A DNA stretch of 64,000 nt from Candidatus Kaiserbacteria bacterium (GTDB lineage Bacteria; Patescibacteriota; Minisyncoccia; Phycocordibacterales; UBA2100), in the NCBI GenBank assembly GCA_016186695.1, contig JACPLC010000005.1, positions 852 to 64,851 on the forward strand. The letters run 5' to 3'. Shown here one piece after another: positions 59,344 through 64,000 of the stretch (positions are counted from its first letter, which is position 1; each line of letters starts with the position of its first letter). The position numbers and the translations under genes are program-made. Below the pieces are notes generated by a model, which was not told the DNA's origin, did no database searches, and saw only the letters and a program-made list of their open reading frames with translations.

Positions 59344-60989
59344 AAATAACTCGACTGCTCATCAAAAACTTCAAGTCCTTCAAGTCAGAAAGGATAGATT
59401 TTCGCGGTTTGATGGCGTTCATAGGAGAGAACAATGCAGGAAAGTCGAACGTGCTAAAGGCGCTCGATTTGTTCTTCAAGGACACAAAGAAACTCGACGA
59501 GGAGTATTTCAACAACAGCGCAGAGCACATCGTCATTCAAGTTTGGTTCAATAATTTAAACGATGACGCGAAGGAAACATTTAAGAAATATCTGCTCGAT
59601 GACAACGAAACAGTAGTACTTAGAAAAGAGTATTCGTTCCACGACGAAGATATGACGTTTTCGGGCGTCATACTTGGTGATAAGTTAGATGCGAAAGATA
59701 AAAAGGATGCTGTAGAAATTCTCGATAAAACCGAGATAGAACCTTTCACCTCCACGGAAAAGACCTACTACTGGAAATCCAAACCGTTTGGCTGGTCAGC
59801 CATCGCAACCGGATATCTACCCGATTTTCTCTATGTCCCAGCAGTCAAAGACGCAAAAGAGGAGGTAAAAGTTGCAGACAAGTCGAGGTTCGGACAAATC
59901 ATAAATGCAATGCTTGGCAGCGTCCTCCAGAACGTTGATTTAGTACGCATCAACGAAGAGTTTACGAAACTTCTGATGGGTGAAAATTCTAATCAGGATG
60001 GGCGCATCGCGCAACTCAAAGAGTTTGAGACGATGTTGAGTGAAAAACTTTCCGCACAGATGCGTGGTACGACAATCAAGCTAGACATCACTCCACCAAC
60101 ACTGAAAGATGTTTTCCAGTCGGGTACAAAGATACTGGTAGATGATGGTGTCTCCACAGCAGTGGAAAATAAGGGGCACGGGCTACAGAGGTCGGTAATA
60201 TTCGTGATTTTTCGAGCATACGCAGACCTTCTTAAAAAGGAACAAGGCGAGAAAGCAAAAGCGCTCATATTTGGTATAGAAGAACCCGAGCTTTATCTGC
60301 ACCCCCAGATGCAGAGGTCAATGTTCAGCATCCTGAAAGAGGTTGCGCAAACAGACCAAGTAGTATTCACGACACACTCAAGCTTCTTCGTGGATATGGC
60401 TAACTATCAGTCAATAGGTATAGTCGTCAAGAAAGATATCGAGACAGGCACGAAAATCATCCAGCACCAAGAGGATATATTTCCGCAGAGCGAAGAAAAA
60501 AAGCAGTTTCGACTACTCACAGAGTTTGACCCAGAAAGAAGTGAACTTTTCTTTGGGAAGAAAGTTGTGCTAGTCGAGGGAGATACAGAGAAGGTGGTGT
60601 TACCGATTATCGCAACCAAAATCAATCCAAAATATGTCTTCTACGACTACGGTATTACCGTCGTTGAGTGTGCGAGTAAGGAAATGATGCCCTTCTTCGT
60701 GAAAGTGCTCAACGCTTTTCGTATCCCATACACCGCTATCTATGACAGCGACAATGCCAACAGCGAGGAAAGTAAAAGGATAGAAGCAGAGGTTGCATCA
60801 TCTGGCGGTATGGGGCGAACTGAAATCATTGAACCTGACTTTGAGAAAATGTGTGCCGGTGATGGAGTAGCTATACCAACTGGCGGCAGTAAACCCTTTA
60901 AGGCGTTCAAGTGTTTCAAGGAGCTTGAAGCGGAAAAGATACCGAAACGGCTCAGAGAAATCATCGAAAAAATCTTTACCGAAGCATAA
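59340..60989 (+). CDS. OLD-family ATP-dependent nuclease (ABC ATPase plus TOPRIM)
   Basis: Walker A GENNAGKSN, Walker B LIFGIEEPELYLHPQ, H-loop FTTHS and TOPRIM VVLVEGDTEKVVLPII ... YDSDN; 549 aa. Confidence 0.75.
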   Translation: MKITRLLIKNFKSFKSERIDFRGLMAFIGENNAGKSNVLKALDLFFKDTKKLDEEYFNNSAEHIVIQVWFNNLNDDAKETFKKYLLDDNETVVLRKEYSFHDEDMTFSGVILGDKLDAKDKKDAVEILDKTEIEPFTSTEKTYYWKSKPFGWSAIATGYLPDFLYVPAVKDAKEEVKVADKSRFGQIINAMLGSVLQNVDLVRINEEFTKLLMGENSNQDGRIAQLKEFETMLSEKLSAQMRGTTIKLDITPPTLKDVFQSGTKILVDDGVSTAVENKGHGLQRSVIFVIFRAYADLLKKEQGEKAKALIFGIEEPELYLHPQMQRSMFSILKEVAQTDQVVFTTHSSFFVDMANYQSIGIVVKKDIETGTKIIQHQEDIFPQSEEKKQFRLLTEFDPERSELFFGKKVVLVEGDTEKVVLPIIATKINPKYVFYDYGITVVECASKEMMPFFVKVLNAFRIPYTAIYDSDNANSEESKRIEAEVASSGGMGRTEIIEPDFEKMCAGDGVAIPTGGSKPFKAFKCFKELEAEKIPKRLREIIEKIFTEA

Positions 60990-61585
60990 CGTTCTTGAAT
61001 GTAATGTAAGTAGAGTTATGGCACATAGAAGAAGTAAGAAAAGCGAGCCACTCTCGGAGGAGACGATACAAGCACTGATACAACTCGGCGCAGTTTTACG
61101 ACCTGTCGTCAACCGTCTCGTAACCGAGGGAAAGGCGAAAGTAGTGAATGGAAAAATGATTTTCCTCACCAAAAATGCTAACGATTGAAGAAATCAGAGA
61201 CACCCTGCCGGATAGGGGCAAAGACCTGTCCGACGAGCAGCTCTTGAAGCTCCGCGATGATATGTACGGGCTTGCACAGATTTGTTTCGACGTATGGCTA
61301 GCCAAGAAAAATAAAAACGGAGTAAAATCGCAGGATGACGCATCGAACGACCGATGACATACCGGAGGACGAGGAGACCCGCCGCCTGATGCGCGAGCAC
61401 GAGGTGGATGCTGACACTGCCGAGAAAGCGCAGGAGCTTATTGACGAAGGAATGGACGAGGACGAAGCGATTGAACTTGCCGGCGAACTTTGATAGAGTA
61501 CACGCAATGCAACGGAGGAACTTTAGATAGCCGCCCGTAAACAGCCGCACGCCTTGCGGTTGTTTTGGGTGGCTTTTCTATTTTG

Positions 61586-61656
61586 CCTTCGTAGCTCAAC
61601 GGCAGAGCGCACCTCCGAAACGGGCGAGATGGTGGTTCAACTCCACCCGAAGGCAC
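61586..61656 (+). tRNA. tRNA-like gene with a non-canonical anticodon arm, possibly tRNA-Phe (GAA)
   Basis: Perfect acceptor (GCCTTCG/CGAAGGC), D-arm and T-arm (GGTGGTTCAACTCCACC). The anticodon stem has an A:C mismatch and the loop reads CCGAAAC, with C33 in place of U. Confidence 0.5.
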
Positions 61657-61659
61657 ACG

Positions 61660-61732
61660 CCCTCGTAGCTCAATGGACAGAGCGAGACGCTTCTATCGTC
61701 AAGGTTGCAGGTTCAAGTCCTGCCGAGGGCAC
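61660..61732 (+). tRNA. tRNA-Arg (UCU)
   Basis: Acceptor GCCCTCG/CGAGGGC, anticodon loop CTTCTAT, T-arm GCAGGTTCAAGTCCTGC. Confidence 0.8.
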
Positions 61733-62664
61733 TAGCTAATCGCAAACCTCTCCATCGTCTGAAAGACCCGCTCCGATTTCTCTTTCACCGAAGTTTCGTC
61801 GTCATACACGATGAGCATTTCCATCGAGCGGTGGCGGCTGAACTTCCGCACGTCCCGCACATCCATAGTTTTGAGTAGTTCGGTAATGTAGAAGTGCCGG
61901 AAGCCGTGCACTGTTTTCTCAATGCCAAGCTCTTTGCATAGCCCTCCAACCTCTCTTTTTATCGTCATCGTGCTCATCCGCTCGGTCTTCCGGTTGCCCA
62001 AGCTCCTGAACAACGCCCCATCGGTGAGTTTATGGATTTTCAGGTACTCCTTGAGCGCCTTGACCGTCGTCGGTGCGAGATAGATTGCTTCTTTATCATC
62101 CTCGCCCTTGCCCTGAACGTACGCGACCTTCCGGTGCAGTTTTACATCTTCCACGTCCAGCCGGACAATTTCAATCTGCCGTAGCCCTTGAAACGCCAAT
62201 AATGAAAACAGCGCCCGCAGGCGACTGTTTCTCGGCGTGTTTGGGAGATATTTGAGCTTCACGCCAAGCAAAAGTATTTCGTTATCAGTAAGCCCCTGCC
62301 GTCTATGTCTTTTCCTCTGTCTGAAAAACTTTACGCCTTGCACGACGCCAAGTGGTATCATCCCTCGCCGTTCCAACTCTTTGAGCAAGACCCTCGCCGT
62401 CGCAAGATATTTGTTTTTCGTGGACACGCTGTAGTCCGTGCGTTCGAGGTGTCGCTTGAACGACAGCAAGCTCTCCCGATTGAAGCCGTGCGAGTGAACG
62501 TATGAAAGAAAAAGACCTACCCGCGCGGAGTAGTCCTTTCTCGTGGTCTCGGAAACATCAAGACCGTCAAATATCCAGCCGGCGTTTGCCCTCGGCTTAC
62601 GTATGACGCTTGGTAGCTTCATTTTCATATTCGATGTGGACGACACGTAAGCCCTTCTCCTCAA
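61732..62664 (-). mobile_element. Tyrosine recombinase / phage-type integrase abutting the tRNA-Arg 3' end
   Basis: Catalytic C-terminus with R...HGFRHF...LIVYDD. The stop lies next to the tRNA 3' end. The true start is probably an internal Met (MKLPSV) at about 62622. Confidence 0.8.
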
Positions 62665-63013
62665 GGGTGGGAGTAATGGTGGTATACCGGTGGCATTTCC
62701 GGTAATCGGCTTCGGCGCACATCACGCAGACCCGCGTCCCTTTCTTTGCCAGAGCGACAAGTTCTTCGATGGCATCGTCCCAGCCCACGTTTACCCCTCT
62801 ACCACCGAGGTTCTGTCCTCGGTAGAGGTATTGGATGTCCCGCTTGGCTAGCTCGCTACCAAGGGGCTTTTTGGAGAAATGCGGGGAAAACCGGCTCGCA
62901 GGTATTGACCGTACATCGGCTACAATCTCAATCCGGTGTTTTTTGAGAGTAGCGATAAAGGTTTCGAGGGACTTATTACTGTGCCCAATCGAGGCGATAG
63001 TTGCGTGCTTCAT
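62597..63013 (-). CDS. DUF488-family protein
   Basis: IASIGHSNKSLETFIATLKKHRIEIVADVRSIPASRFSPHF matches the DUF488 N-terminal signature. Confidence 0.55.
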   Translation of the reverse strand: MKHATIASIGHSNKSLETFIATLKKHRIEIVADVRSIPASRFSPHFSKKPLGSELAKRDIQYLYRGQNLGGRGVNVGWDDAIEELVALAKKGTRVCVMCAEADYRKCHRYTTITPTLEEKGLRVVHIEYENEATKRHT

Positions 63014-63085
63014 AGTGGTTGTAGGGTCAACCTAACAAGCACCACCTCGATTGCAAATAAGGCAGTGCACAAGTGCAGACGTTCG

Positions 63086-63583
63086 TCAGTACGCGATTGT
63101 CCGATGATTTGTTCCCATCACTCCGTCGAAGAATATGACGAACTCGTGGAAGCCCGTATTTCCATTCTTTGTGTACTTTGCGATAAAATGCTTGTCGTAT
63201 AACTCTTGCTCTGCTGTTGTCGCCTCATCTGCCAGTACTTTGTTTCTCAACGCGGCAGCCGACGCATTATCAAACACCGAGATAAAGGCGTTGCGGTCAT
63301 TTTGCGTATCGTTCTTTATTTTCTCGCCCAGCGCCACCATATCCATTTCGTTTAGATACTCAGGCGAGATGACAACCGCTTTACCTTCGCCACCGTTCGG
63401 AATAGTCCACCGGTCTACGGTTTGGTAAGAGATTTGTTTCGTCTGCTGTGTCTGCACCGGTGGCGGTGAAGACGACTGACTTGGTGTCTCATCGAGTGCC
63501 GCCACGATGATGCCGAACCCGAAAAAGACAGCCAACCCGATAACCCACCACTTCTTGTAAAAAGGTTTTTTCTCCTGCTCCAT
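63086..63583 (-). CDS. Hypothetical membrane-anchored protein
   Basis: N-terminal TM segment, a Pro/Gln/Ser-rich linker and a 110-aa domain. Confidence 0.4.
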   Translation of the reverse strand: MEQEKKPFYKKWWVIGLAVFFGFGIIVAALDETPSQSSSPPPVQTQQTKQISYQTVDRWTIPNGGEGKAVVISPEYLNEMDMVALGEKIKNDTQNDRNAFISVFDNASAAALRNKVLADEATTAEQELYDKHFIAKYTKNGNTGFHEFVIFFDGVMGTNHRTIAY

Positions 63584-64000
63584 AGCTTTGATTGCTTCTG
63601 CTAATCAATCACTCCGACAAAGTGATTGTCGGTAGCAGGATTTTTGTATACACAAAGCCCGCTACCAGAAAAGCGCCTTGCGGCAACTTCTACCAGCGTT
63701 TCCACTGGTAACGCGACGAACGCTCTGATAACGGGTTTTCTATGTTCGTCGCGCTTTCCGAGACCATATCTCGTAGCAACTACCACAAGGGTTAGGTCTC
63801 CAACTTATTAGGTTGTAATCAAAGGGTATCAAAAACAGCCCTATATTCAATGACTTTGTGGACGTTCCGTACCGTGTTGTAGCGTAAGGGTAAACGGGGC
63901 GTACACTTGCCGTCGAGAGGTCAATCTGTAATCGCGTCAGTGTAAGTATCCTTATCGTCCGGCGCATTCGCTTTTATGATGTTTTTCAAGCCAATGTTAT

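Overview
The window is 64 kb from a compact, moderately high-GC (about 58%) bacterial chromosome. The gene content and unusually short proteins (a 128-aa ATP synthase delta subunit, a 417-aa ProRS) fit a Patescibacteria/CPR-like organism; this is inference. The left two thirds (1 to about 40.5 kb) are almost entirely housekeeping genes. They include the F-type ATP synthase operon (atpB-E-F-H-A, on the minus strand), ahcY plus a PfkB-family adenosine kinase, a dcw cluster (mraZ-rsmH-ftsL-ftsI-murF), guaA, prs, greA, a second PBP with mreBCD, proS, an RseP-like protease, frr, holB, a second mreB paralog, def-fmt and hpf. Eleven tRNA genes are present, four of them in an array with repeated spacers. 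The right third (about 40.6 to 64 kb) is a lower-GC mosaic of integrated mobile DNA. It begins at a tRNA-Asn whose 3' end overlaps a large serine recombinase gene. Its cargo includes a rolling-circle Rep_trans-like replication protein, an XRE regulator, a beta-class DNA methyltransferase followed by a large GHKL (MORC-like) ATPase protein, a SAM methyltransferase that is a paralogue of a chromosomal gene at 9.4 kb, a DUF1508 protein, an XRE/ImmA pair and a second large serine recombinase. After these comes a translationally coupled Type III restriction-modification operon (mod-res). A poly-C tract splits its mod gene. The operon carries two further genes: a small PD-(D/E)xK-like protein and an OLD-family ATPase/TOPRIM nuclease. 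The region ends at a pair of tRNAs abutting a tyrosine integrase that starts a further element. Other notable observations are a roughly 150-bp MITE-like repeat immediately upstream of both atpH and hpf, palindromic operators flanking an arsR gene, and a putative structured leader/ncRNA with a strong terminator upstream of def.
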